A stretch of 35,144 nucleotides of DNA from contig NC_069000.1 in the NCBI RefSeq assembly GCF_001194135.2, forward strand, positions 13,959,206 through 13,994,349. The letters are read 5' to 3'. Positions 23,446 to 34,608 of this stretch are shown here, piece by piece (the first letter of the stretch is position 1; each line of letters begins with the position of its first letter). Position numbers and translations under genes: made by a program. The stretch is from Octopus bimaculoides. Its lineage: Eukaryota. The notes under the pieces are model-generated. The model was not told the DNA's origin, searched no databases, and was given only the letters and a program-made list of their open reading frames with translations.

Positions 23446-24002
23446 TCACGAGCAATTATATAATGCCATATACCCATCATGATACAATAACAAATCTTCA
23501 GATGATAGCGATATAGTATACTGTATATCACTTCAATTCACCTCTACATATACTATGATGTCATATGTCAAAGAACCCAATTAATTTATCTATCAACGAT
23601 AGTACCATTTTTCATTCGTATCTATCAGCATTATGTCAAATACTTCTTTAACAATATCGTGTTTTATAATGGAATTACAAGCTGGAAATGTCTTCTCACT
23701 ATTTCATCCAAATTTAAATTAGGTTTCACTCGACATCCTACTTCCATACCACCCTTCCTAAAACTATTCAATACTTTCAAATCTTTCTTCAGTATCACCT
23801 TAGCAGTTTCTCACATCTGCAGATACCCTCACTAAGCACTTTGTTTTAACCGTCTTCAATTGACGCCATTGTTAAACTCCCCGCTGACCACTCTTTCTTC
23901 CCCAGCCTTAAATATTCATTCTAGATGAGTTTAAAAGTCTTTGAGAAGTATTTATCATCTTGAGACTAAGGATGCAGGTAATTTATTTAAATTGTTTCTT
24001 AC

Positions 24003-24190
24003 CATCGTGAGAAAAATACCAAACTCTGGGTTCATCTGAATGACATCTCCATCTGTGAACACAAATTGATTTTTCCGCTCCTTTTTACACGTGAGAACTA
24101 TTGCAATTTGTTGTGCAGCCACTGACAACACTGGCAAATCAATTCGATTAAATTCATCAAAACAGCCCCACGTGCCAGACTGAGCCAAAC
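24003..24190 (-). CDS. DNAH5: Dynein HC exon A (188 nt; AAA1 Walker B region, [16 protein letters not shown]...FGIFLTM)
   Basis: TTTCAG acceptor, GTAAGA donor; 2 nt plus 62 codons. Confidence 0.96.
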
Positions 24191-24488
24191 CTGAAATGGT
24201 TTTCAACGAATGTTAGAGTTGTTATTTAGACGTTAGTAGTAACTAATTAGACTGAGGTATACAGACAGAAGATATAACAACAATAATAATTATTTCTAAC
24301 ATAGATGCAAGGCCGTATATGCTAAGCAAAAAGATGTAACTGATTTAATAAATTCAAGTACTTGATTCTTAGGTAGACACGCTTACATACTTCATGTAGC
24401 AAGCCAAGGAATTTTAATCAATATTACGCGTTTACACCAACCAAACAGCATTTACCTGAACAACTAATTCTCCAACAGCAGAAACTCT

Positions 24489-24620
24489 TCAACCTGTTCT
24501 GTGATGTATAAAGGTATTGAGAAGAATTACACAGGACTCACTGTAAACACCTTCAAGAATAGTTACATTAAATATTTACATTCATTGAAGTTGAGGGACA
24601 AGATGAATCGCATGTCATGT
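24489..24620 (+). mobile_element. Degraded Penelope-like GIY-YIG remnant
   Basis: VMYKGIEKNYTGLTVNTFKNSYIKYLHSLK resembles the PLE pattern VYK..K.YIG.T..TFK.R...H..SF. Confidence 0.45.
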
Positions 24621-24949
24621 CTCAATTCATCTGATGAATACAAATGACTAACTCTGGTCAAGAAAAAAAAAGGAGAAGCAACTTTAACTAAAATTAATTG
24701 AATATGGAATGCTGAACAGAGTAATCTTGATTTCTTTCGTAGTATAGTGACAAGTAAGGATGTGTTTCAGAGTTATTAGAACTCATTAGTGAGGTATAAT
24801 CTAACCATTAGTTCCAAAAACAAAACAAAAAGAAATGCAAGAGTGAGGTCTTTCTGGCTAGGCTGAAAGCCAGTTATTGAAAGACACCTGCATGGTCAAA
24901 TACATTAAAGTCAGGATGCTACTGGTATCTAATTCGCTGTGTCTAGAGG

Positions 24950-25107
24950 CGGTGCCATTTTAGAGCATGGGCCTAATTCTGATGTATTTATGCTGTGGCT
25001 TGCTGTCAATAAGTAAATCCTATAGGGTCTAGTGCAGTGCCTTGTCCAGAGGCCTACGATGCAAATTAGACGATCCAGGGGGCTACAATGCTACTTAGAC
25101 GGCCCTG
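24950..25107. mobile_element. hAT-type MITE
   Basis: 8-bp TSD TCTAGAGG (24942-49 and 25108-15); right end TTAGACGGCCCTG; decayed left TIR CGGTGCCATTTTAG (9/14). Confidence 0.6.
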
Positions 25108-25319
25108 TCTAGAGGAATGAGATGTGATGAAATAAGAACCAACACAAGATTTAAGAGCCAAATGCAAAATATTAATTATATATAATTATGATAAAACATG
25201 AGCAATTGAATTATTAATATCCGTTTCGTGTAATCTGTTTACTAGTCAGCTTGTACAGTGTTATGGATTTTATGAGTGTAGAGGTCAATACCCGGTAGCA
25301 CATTGGGTGTGCCAGACGC

Positions 25320-25477
25320 TTTATTTCATGTTGCTCCAGTCAACTCAACTGGCAGAAATGAGTTGTACTTGTATTTCATAGAGCCGCCTTGTCACATTCT
25401 GTGCCACACTGAATCTCAAGACGCTCTGTTGAATTGGATCAACTGGAACCCTCGTCGTCGTCACCGACGGAGTGTCA
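25320..25477 (+). mobile_element. SINE family C fragment with an internal deletion
   Basis: gccttgtcacattctgtgccacactgaatc and aactggaaccctcgtcgtcg match 33715-33870. Confidence 0.7.
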
Positions 25478-25844
25478 GTTTTTATAGCTAAAGAACAGCT
25501 ATAAACAGCTACAGCAACAGTCACAGAAACAACACTATCAAGAACAAACACCATAAAAACAGCATTCACAGAAACAATAAAAATCACAACAAAATAATTA
25601 TAGCAGAAATAGAAATAACATTAACAAAAATGGTGGTAATAACAATTGGTCGTTTGACCTGCTACAAATAATAGCCAAAACTCCTTCAAATTGCATCCTA
25701 CAGTCTTAGAGAAGAACACATTGGATAATGTGGTCTTGGAATCACCGGAAAAAGACGGATCAGTCAAGACTGGAATTTCTTTGATTAATCATCTCCTCGA
25801 TCAGGGCTGATCTGAGTCTAAACAACAACAACATTACCAATAAT

Positions 25845-26066
25845 AATGGTTTTGAATTTTAGGACAAGGCTTGTAATTTTAGTGGAGAAGCTAAGTCGAC
25901 TACATCCATTCCAGTGTTCCGCTGGTACTTATTTTATCGACCCCGAAAAGAAGAAAGGCAAAGTCGATCTCGACGGTATTTGAACTCAAAATGTGAAGAG
26001 CCAGACAAACTGCCGGTAAGCATTCTGTCCGGCATGCTTAACAAATCTGCTAGCTCGCCGCCTTAA
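25845..26066 (-). mobile_element. SINE family B (ends at gap)
   Basis: Family B core; 25921-26066 is 145/146 identical to 28187-28332. Confidence 0.8.
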
Positions 26067-26347
26067 NNNNNNNNNNNNNNNNNNNNNNNNNNNNNNNNNN
26101 NNNNNNNNNNNNNNNNNNNNNNNNNNNNNNNNNNNNNNNNNNNNNNNNNNNNNNNNNNNNNNNNNNNNNNNNNNNNNNNNNNNNNNNNNNNNNNNNNNNN
26201 NNNNNNNNNNNNNNNNNNNNNNNNNNNNNNNNNNNNNNNNNNNNNNNNNNNNNNNNNNNNNNNNNNNNNNNNNNNNNNNNNNNNNNNNNNNNNNNNNNNN
26301 NNNNNNNNNNNNNNNNNNNNNNNNNNNNNNNNNNNNNNNNNNNNNNN
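26067..26347. other. Assembly gap
   Basis: N run. Confidence 1.
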
Positions 26348-26350
26348 TAT

Positions 26351-26545
26351 AGGAGCACTCCGTCAGTTACGACGACGAAGGGTGTCCCAGCTGATACGAT
26401 CAACGGAACAGCTTGCTCATGAAATTAACGTGCAAGTGGCTGAGCACTCCACAGACACGTGTACTCTTAATGTAGTTCTCAGGGAGATTCAGTGTGATAC
26501 AGAGTGTGACAAGGCTGACCTTTTGAAATACAGGTACTACTCCTA
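26351..26545 (-). mobile_element. SINE family C, 3' part
   Basis: Reverse complement matches 33700-33872. Confidence 0.82.
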
Positions 26546-27554
26546 GTTTACGGTTGAGTAGTCAAGATACTCGTTTGTACTAATTCCTTCAGTTTGAGGA
26601 GGAAGCGATTGATATGATGAAAACCGATAAGCAAAACTGTTAACAAAGGTAGGAAAGAGACTAAAACAAAGATAAAAACGAAAGTACTTCACCCATTTTA
26701 ATCACGGAATGTGTATGCAAAATGATAGTTTGTTGCTAGCAGTAAAAACTAAAAGCAAAAAGAAATGAATTTGGCGAGCACTAGCTCGCTGTTTTGTCGC
26801 CTCTTATTTCATTGTTTACACTTTCTAAGAAAAGTATATTGTGTTAAGAGAATTATGTCTTAGTTTTCATTTTGTTGCAGCTACTAGAGTGAATTGTGTT
26901 GAAGTAGGTGTCACCAATTTTGCTAAGAGGTTGCTTCCTATTTCTGAAAACTGGCAACCGAAAAGTCTGCAATGTTAGAGAAAGAACATCCATGTTGCAA
27001 TTGAAATCATTGGTTAAGTCTGACATGAGAGTCAATAGTGAATTCAAAACTCATCTGACATTCTTTAAAGCAGTTACCCTTAGGGAGTGTGTGGGCTGTG
27101 AGCATTGAAAAGGGTGTGGATAAATTGCCATGTCATTGTATACTGTACCCTCACAACCCAAACTTCTGACCTTGTACCTGTGTCAGAAACTATTGTCATT
27201 ACTCTTGTCTTTCTCTGCAAGGAGAATTGTTAGATCTCTGGAAAAACGCATCGTGTTATTTTGAAACGCTATTTTACATCTCGGGTTTAAAACTCACCAA
27301 AGTGAAACATTCCTCCTTATTCTTATTGTATGTTTTTTTGTTGTTTTTTTTTGTGGTGAAAACCAAGAAGAATCGGCAGAGTTCTCGGAAAATGCATTGT
27401 GTAATTTTTGAAACGTTATTTTACATCTCGTGTTCAATTCTCACCAAGTCGGATTCTTTTCTTTTTTTTTTCCCTTTCTTTTAATTTTGGTATATTGTAC
27501 CTCAACATTGTACTTTCAAACGTTTAAAACTTAACCAACATCCTGACGAGGAAC

Positions 27555-27682
27555 CACTAGCGTAGCTAGAGTGTGTGCCACCTGAGGTGGCCATTCCGTT
27601 TGCCGCCCCTGGATCCCACAAAAAACACATATTGCCTAAAGCAGACCCAAAAGTGGTTCCCCCCCTACCAGCTACGCTAATG
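27555..27682. mobile_element. Small MITE-like element
   Basis: Imperfect TIR CACTAGCGTAGCT / AGCTACGCTAATG; GC-rich interior with a GCCACC-TGA-GGTGGC hairpin; no clear TSD. Confidence 0.5.
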
Positions 27683-28149
27683 CAAAGAACGTGAATGACA
27701 ATTAACACAGCCTCTTCAAATGTATGTGTGTGTGTGTGTGTAGATATGTATATGTACGTATGTGTATGCTAAAGACAAACCAAAATCAAAGAGAATTTCA
27801 CTAGATCTGAGTTCGTGTCCCAAGGGCAGCCTTCGACTTTTTCCTGTCCAAAAGGGTTTTTCAACCCAACATTTTCGTGCAATTATTTACAGTTTTATGT
27901 GTGTGCTTCGAGGTATTCCATAAAAGATTTATTTCCTATATTGTCACAAGGCCAACAGTGATTTAAACTACGTCACTCTTTGACTGATATTTATTTTAAA
28001 AGGAAGAAAAGCAAATTTGACTCTGGTGAGTTTTGAACCTAAGATGTAAGATAACTTTTGAAAATAACGCAATGCATTTTTTCCAGTACTCGGCCGCTTC
28101 TCTTTGCCTTTCCACCAACCAAAAACAACAAGAACAACTACAATTATTT

Positions 28150-28492
28150 CTGGCATTGGTACAAAGCCAGAAACTTGGGGTGTTCAGCTGGTACTTATTT
28201 TATCGACCCCGAAAAGAAGAAAGGCAAAGTCGATCTCGACGGTATTTGAACTCAAAATGTGAAGAGCCAGACAAACTGCCGGTAAGCACTCTGTCCGGCA
28301 TGCTTAACAAATCTGCTAGCTCGCCGCCTTAAATATCCTAACATCAATCAATAGCCGAACAAATAATGATTACAAATTTTGGTACAAGGCCAGCAATTTC
28401 GAAGGGGTAAGTCGATTATATCAACCCTAGCTTTCAACTGGTACTTATTTTGTCGACCTCGAAAGGATGAACGGCAAGGTCGACGAAGTGCT

Positions 28493-28532
<40 letters not shown>

Positions 28533-28810
28533 AGTAAGTCGATTAAATTGATCCGGTGTTTGACTGGTACTTTATTTCATCGATTCCGGAGGGAGGAATG
28601 GCAAAGCGGACCCATGCAGGACATGAACTCCGAATGTTAAGAGCAGGAATAAATACTACAAAGCATTTTTATCTTTAATGATGCTGTCAATTTCCCACCC
28701 TTTATAATAGTTTCTGTCATGTTTGGAAAGGAGTCGATTCAGTCGAACTAACTGGTACTTTATTTAACGACCCCAAAAGGATGACAAACAAAGGGACTTG
28801 AACTCAATAT
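28150..28810 (-). mobile_element. Cluster of four co-oriented SINE family B copies or fragments
   Basis: ctggtactt..ttt.tcgac core repeated at ~28190, ~28440, ~28565 and ~28752. Confidence 0.75.
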
Positions 28811-28881
28811 AAATGCACATTTGTGTGTGTTTGACAGAAAAATGCATTTAAGCATCATTTATGTTCTCTAAAGAAGTTTAA

Positions 28882-29098
28882 TTTTATTGTCTGGGGAGAT
28901 TCATTCTCTTTTAGTGCCTTATTAATTTAACACACCGGTCTGATTTCTACTCATTTTACTTATTTATTTTTATCAATAGTAGCAACGAAAATTTTAGTAA
29001 AAAATAAATAAATAGGTAAATGAGTGGAAATCAGACCAGTGAGTGTGTTAAATTAATAAGGCACTAAAAGAGAATGACTCTCCCCAGACACAATAAAA
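28882..29098. mobile_element. Palindromic foldback element (~95-100 bp arms)
   Basis: ttttattgtctggggagattcattctcttttagtgccttattaatttaacacac... versus ...gtgtgttaaattaataaggcactaaaagagaatgactctccccagacacaataaaa. Confidence 0.88.
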
Positions 29099-30357
29099 TA
29101 TGTTTCAACACACGAATTCACATAAAGAATCTTGTAAACCACATACAAAAACGAAAGAAGTTTAAGTTTTTCCATATTGTGTTTATGACGTCATAACATC
29201 AGTGACGATTATCTGAAGATTTTATTTTAGAAAATTTCAATCTCTTTGAACCTTTCCACGATGATTAGAGGCTCGGAAAAATGTGCTTCGGGGTTCTCAG
29301 CCAAACATCAGAACACTAGTACGAAATCAGTCTTCTTCACCTTGTTTTTTTTGCTTTTTGGTGGAGATGGAATAATTCATGCACATTTGAGTTCTGAAAC
29401 ACACTCTGCAACATGCTGGTTGGTACCAAAAGAAAGTTACAAGGTATACGGCAGTATTACTGCAATCTTATAAAAGCATAACCATGCAATTTCAGAAAAG
29501 AAATCCTTGGCATTCTAACAAGGAACATATAATCCTTCCTTCTCTATACATTCCCACAGAAAAATACATCGTAAATTAAATAGCAATAAAAATTATGAAT
29601 ATCAAATAATGGCTACCGTAACACAGAATCATACATATATCAACTAAGTACAGTTATTATGGTGAGTATTTTAATAGAATATAAAGTTCGTTGCTATATA
29701 AATGTTTGAGCAGCTTTTCAAGTGTGTACGTGTGTATTTATTTATATCTATACTTGTATATCTAGTGTGTATCTGTCGGTCTTCTTCAAACATTCTCTCA
29801 CTCGATTACCCTCTCTTTGTCTTTCTCATTCTGCTCTATAACGCACACTCCAGACGCGCTTTCTCTTTCTTATGAATGCGTGTGCGCAAACTGGGTTGGT
29901 TGGGGACGGAGTGGGTGAACGTCTGGGGATTTTTACACACACATGCCTTATGTATCCACATAAACTCCCATGTCTACATTTTATTTAGATATGATAGGAA
30001 TAGTAACTCAGACTTCCTCCAATCATGACCTACTATTTTATCTGGATATCTATGCACGAAGAACAAACTTCACCCAAATTGCATCATATTCTCTTATCTT
30101 CGTATCTACAAATGACCTTCCCGGGAGATTCAAAGATGGTAGAAAGTTGTTAGAATTAGGAGCGAAATCTCGCTCAGTATGACTTATTTTTATATGTACG
30201 TACATATGCGTACATGCAAACATACATACATACATACGTTATACACACACACACACACACATACGTACTCATACATGCATAGATCCCCATACATGCATAC
30301 ATACATACACACGCACACAGACGCGCATATATATATTATACGTAATTATATATTACA

Positions 30358-30612
30358 TCTATATTAATAAAAGCGTAATTCTGTCTGTCTGGGACCCTTG
30401 TATCTCAGTCTGCATTTACTCAACATAGACATATTATATCTTTTTGGAATCAGGATGACCCCAGAATTGAAAATCTGCCCTTCTTTTGGTTGTTGAACAT
30501 CCGGTATTGGGGGTATGATTTAAAAGTATTTGGGTTGTTATTTCTAGAAGGTGAAGCGACCCTGTGAGGTACAAGAATTATTGGATCTTTTTGGTTTGAC
30601 GGGCAACACTTG
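30358..30612 (+). mobile_element. Possible non-autonomous Helitron
   Basis: A|TCTATATTAATAAAAG...CTGTCTGTCTG start typical of Helitron-N elements; candidate end CTTG|T (a CTAG variant); no clear hairpin. Confidence 0.35.
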
Positions 30613-30819
30613 TTTTCTTAACGAAACACTTTCAAACTTGGGATACTGGTAGAATGTGTCATATAAAACATCTTTTTTTCTTAGCCTTTTTAACAAAAAT
30701 TACTTCTTAATAAGTTATTTCATGTTAAAGTTGTCGTATTTCTGTAATCTCAACCAATCACTGACGTCTATTCAGCTGAATACAGTTACTGCTCTTTTTA
30801 ATTATATCATTATTCCCTA

Positions 30820-30872
30820 GTAAGGGTTTAAGGTTTTAGGGTTCGGGTTCGGGTGTTAGGGTTAGGATTATG
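30820..30872 (+). repeat. Degenerate TTAGGG-like tract
   Basis: gtaagggtttaaggttttaggggttcgggttcgggtgttagggttagg. Confidence 0.55.
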
Positions 30873-30890
30873 AGTTATAGGGTCTGTTGT

Positions 30891-31157
30891 NNNNNNNNNN
30901 NNNNNNNNNNNNNNNNNNNNNNNNNNNNNNNNNNNNNNNNNNNNNNNNNNNNNNNNNNNNNNNNNNNNNNNNNNNNNNNNNNNNNNNNNNNNNNNNNNNN
31001 NNNNNNNNNNNNNNNNNNNNNNNNNNNNNNNNNNNNNNNNNNNNNNNNNNNNNNNNNNNNNNNNNNNNNNNNNNNNNNNNNNNNNNNNNNNNNNNNNNNN
31101 NNNNNNNNNNNNNNNNNNNNNNNNNNNNNNNNNNNNNNNNNNNNNNNNNNNNNNNNN
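30891..31157. other. Assembly gap
   Basis: N run. Confidence 1.
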
Positions 31158-31703
31158 TAGGACTTTTTGCTTTTAGACTAGACTCCTTTGTCCGAGAGAC
31201 ATTCTTCTATATACGTGGACCCTGTTAAGGGAATATATCGCACAGATCTCAACACTTTCCTTGAGCAGATCGTTCAGGAAAAAGGTCACTCTCATTTGTA
31301 AAGTATCTTTTCGGAGTTTTTTTTTTTCTTTTGCCGGAAGTTATCTAGTATCTATACTAGTAGCAATAAATGAGTTGCGGTTGTTGTTGTCATTGGAGGT
31401 TGTGTTGTTGAAAGTGGCTAAGACGGCGAAACTTTTGCAACTGTTATTTAAATTTGCGTTTCGCTACTTTAAAAAAAAAATTTTTTTTAAACTTTTTTTG
31501 TGATTTTTAAATTGTAACGATTTGTGCTAATATAACTGTATCAGTTTATCAAATCTTATTTAGTTTCCTGTGTTCTTTTCTATCTATATCTGTGTCCACA
31601 GAAACGTTGAAGTTGTTTTCACTGCTATCATCATTGTAGCTAATAATTGTGGCTTCTGTAGAGATAGCCATGCTGAACCATTAATAAACAAAACAAAATA
31701 GAT

Positions 31704-32097
31704 ACTCTCTTTTACTTGTTTCAGTCATTTGACTGCGGCCATGCTGGGGCACCGCCTTTAGTCGGGCAAATCGACCCCAGGACTTATTCTTTGTAAGCCT
31801 AGTACTTATTCTATCGGTCTCTTTTTGCCGAACCGCTAAGTTACGGGGACGTAAATACACCAGCATCGGGGGGGGGGGGAACAAACACAGACACACAAAC
31901 ATATGCATACACATACATAAATATATATACATATACGACGGGCTTCTTTCAGTTTCCGTCTACCAAATCCACTCAAGGCTTTGGTCTGCCCGAGGCTATA
32001 GTAGAAGACACTTGCCCAAGGTGCTACGCAGTGGGACTGAACCCAGAACCATGTGGTTGGTAAGCAAGCTACTTACCACACACCCACTCCTGCGCCT
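31704..32097 (-). mobile_element. Near full-length SINE family A (tRNA-like head, CORE-like segment, internal microsatellite, CR1-like tail)
   Basis: Head gcaggagtgg.tgtgtggtaag...gggttcagtcccactgc; gcaccttgggcaagtgtc segment; tail ggcggtgccccagcatggccgcagtcaaatgactgaaacaagtaaaagag. Confidence 0.9.
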
Positions 32098-32282
32098 GTT
32101 TGAAAATATAAATGTACACAATATGAAATCTGGTCTTCCTCCATTGATAACAGTGTGAGCATTTGAATGTTCCGAAGCTCAGAGTCGGTGTAAAATAAAA
32201 ATTCTTGCTATCATGTATTATTTATTCATTTGGTGTCAACGGCAATCAACAGCAGCAGCAGCAGTAACAACAAAACAATAAT

Positions 32283-33105
32283 TTCTAATTTTGGCACAAG
32301 GCCAGCAATTTCGGGTGAGGGGGTAAGTCGATTACATCGATCCCAGTACGCAACTGGTACTTAATTTATCGACCCCGAAAGGATGAAAAGCAAAGTTGAC
32401 CTTGAACTCAGAACGTACCGGCAGCAGCAGCAGAAGAAGAAGAAGAAGAAGAAACCTTTCTACTATTGGTACAAGGCCTGGATTTTGTGGAGAGAGTAGG
32501 TCGATCACATCGACCCAGTACACAACTGGTACTTAATTTATCGACACCAAAAGGATGAAAGGCAAAGTCGACCTCCAACGAAATTTGAATTCAAAATATA
32601 GGCGATGGGCGAAATACCGCTAAGCGTTTCACCTGGCGTGCTAACGATTCTGCCAGCTTGCAGCCTTAATAACAATTATGATGATGATGAGTTTTTCCTT
32701 TACTAGTTATAAGTGCTTGACGATACATAAAAACCACACAGAAACGTTAAATAAGGGACTTACAAAGGCGTGCAGTGTGGGATAAAAAAAGGTTATACAA
32801 AGACGAGAGCAAGGTTGAAAGACGTGATACGATGTATAAATGGATGAACTGAAAATTTATAGAGCACAAATATATCCTTGGAATAATTAAATACAAAGTA
32901 CATTAAAATACCGTCTAATTGGTACAAGGCCAGCAGTTTTGAGGCAGAGAGGTTTAGTCGATTACATCGACTCTAGTACTTGACTGGTACTTTATTTTAT
33001 CTACATTGAAAGATGAAAGACAAAGTTGACCTTGGCGAAATCTGAACTCAGAACGCAAATGCGGTTGAGTATTTTATCCTACACGCAAGCGATTGTCAGC
33101 TCGCC
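32283..33105 (-). mobile_element. Three co-oriented SINE family B copies
   Basis: Core repeated at ~32355, ~32528 and ~32985. Confidence 0.8.
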
Positions 33106-33491
33106 AAAGGAAATGAAACATGACGTCCATAGACGGAGGAAAGCCTACGAACTAGGTCAGGTTAGAACAGCCCATATTCCTACTCTGTAAAAGACCCTGA
33201 AACGATTTTAACTACATGTGCTGCACCTAGGCCTTTTGCCCTGCACCATAAAAAGTCTCATGCATTTTGTCTCAGTACCATCAACAAGGTACAACTCCAC
33301 AAACAACCTTATGACCTCCGGCAGTTATTAGGACGTGAAAAACCTCTTGTCTACATGTCCCCGCTTTCCAACCCTGCTTTAGTCACTCGCCCATATTGTG
33401 ATACAAAAGTGACAACCAGCCACAATCCATACTGTTTCTAATGTTCTTATCATCATCTATGTGTTTTTCTGACTGATATACTGGGGCACAA

Positions 33492-33880
33492 GTGGAGGCA
33501 CAATGGCCCAGTGGTTAGGGTAGTGGACTCGCGGTCATAGGATCACGGTTTCGATTCCCAGACCGGGCGCTGTGTGTGTTTATTGAGCGAAAACACCTAA
33601 AGCTCCAGGAGGCTCCGGCAGGGGATGGTGGCGAACCCTGCTGTACTCTTCCACCACAACTTTCTCTCTCACTCTTACTTCCTGCTTCTGTTGTGCTTGT
33701 AATTCAAAGGGCCAGCCTTGTCACACTGTGTCACGCTGAATATCCCCGAGAACTATGTTAAGAGTACACGTGTCTGTGGAGTGCTCAGCCACTTGCACGT
33801 TAATTTCACGAGTAGGCTGTACCATCGATTGAATCAACTGGAACCCTCGACGTCGTAAGCGACGGAGTGCCAACAACAAC
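33492..33880 (+). mobile_element. Full-length SINE family C (tRNA-derived, (CAA)n tail)
   Basis: A-box tggcccagtgg, B-box ggtttcgattccc; body shared with 10796, 14429, 25320 and 26351. Confidence 0.9.
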
Positions 33881-34109
33881 TGGGGGAACAAGTAAATGGG
33901 CAGAGGAATATCTAACAATTTCAGTCTTTGTTTTATCGAAGTCTTCACTCTTCAGAATGCTGAAGATGATTCTATACCTCCCCACCACACATCTTTTTTT
34001 TCATTCTATAAAAAATTACTGCCAAAATTCAATGCAGTGCTTGCTGTAATCGCTGCTGCAACAGTAATTCCAAACTGCTGCCATATATGTATATATTTCA
34101 TACAGCTTT

Positions 34110-34255
34110 ATATTCTGATTTCAAATTCCACCAAGGTCAACTTTGGTTTTCATCTTTTCTGGGTCAATAAAATAAGTACCAGTTGAACACTGGGGTCAAT
34201 GTAATGGACTTGTTGCCTCCCCCGAAATTGCTGGTCTTGTGTCAAGATTTAAAAC
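34110..34255 (+). mobile_element. SINE family B
   Basis: tttcaaattccaccaaggtcaactttggttttcatc...aaataagtaccag. Confidence 0.72.
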
Positions 34256-34281
34256 TAATATGATAAAACAATGTTATGAAG

Positions 34282-34431
34282 CTTTTCTATATCTAAGAGA
34301 TGAGGAATTATGTACGTTATTTACATTTGACGGATATTTGCCCTTATCTTGTTTGCCCATGGGCATATGGCATAGTGGTTAAGATCACAGGCTACTAACC
34401 CCAAGATTCTGAGTTCAATTCCAGGCAATGA

Positions 34432-34469
<38 letters not shown>

Positions 34470-34608
34470 TCGAAAAATACCTTAGGAATGAGAACCAAGG
34501 TTCGAAATTTCCCCAAGACACCTGATGAATGCTGGAGGGTATATCAGCCGAAATGTTTACAACAAACAAGATGAGGATAAATATCCATCAAATGTAAATA
34601 ATGTAAAT
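34282..34608 (+). mobile_element. tRNA-headed element with a hammerhead-like core and an inverted terminal segment (candidate Penelope-dependent non-autonomous element)
   Basis: A-box TGGCATAGTGG 34368-78; B-box GAGTTCAATTCC 34411-22; (AAT)n; CTGATGA 34522-28, GCTGG/TCAGC stem, GAAA 34550-53; 34310-55 is an inverted repeat of 34563-608 (40/46); AATGTTATGAAG repeated at 34270-81 and 34606-17. Confidence 0.7.

Larger units (their letters stand above)
491..24190 (-). other. DNAH5: Axonemal dynein heavy chain gene (DNAH5/DNAH8 family, outer-arm gamma type), partial: 12 exons in window
   Basis: 12 GT-AG exons with compatible phases (1/0,0/0,0/0,0/1,1/0,0/0,0/1,1/0,0/0,0/0,0/2,2/2) join into one open frame. 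It contains [58 protein letters not shown] and [25 protein letters not shown] and [17 protein letters not shown] are typical of the DNAH5/8 family; I cannot separate DNAH5 from DNAH8 here. Confidence 0.95.

Noticed and set aside
24625-24640. CTGATGA near a PLE remnant (also 17583, 27543 CTGACGA, 34740) as hammerhead cores
   Set aside because: No stem II followed by GAAA; 24625-39 is simply an ATTCAT-CTG-ATGAAT palindrome.
27240-28080. Three ~70-bp local repeats (27245, 27390 and inverted 27990)
   Set aside because: They appear to be decayed pieces of the SINE B head rather than a separate array.
28033-28332. 99-aa ORF and similar ORFs MFIERKHLKL... at 13952 and 33576
   Set aside because: Chance frames through SINE copies.
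13912-31228. ORFs of 98-296 aa containing X runs
   Set aside because: Artefacts of reading through N-gaps.
34361-34432. tRNA genes at SINE heads (also 14560-14638, 32030-32097, 33492-33565)
   Set aside because: A and B boxes are present, but there is no complete cloverleaf or acceptor stem, and each continues into a repeat body; these are SINE heads.
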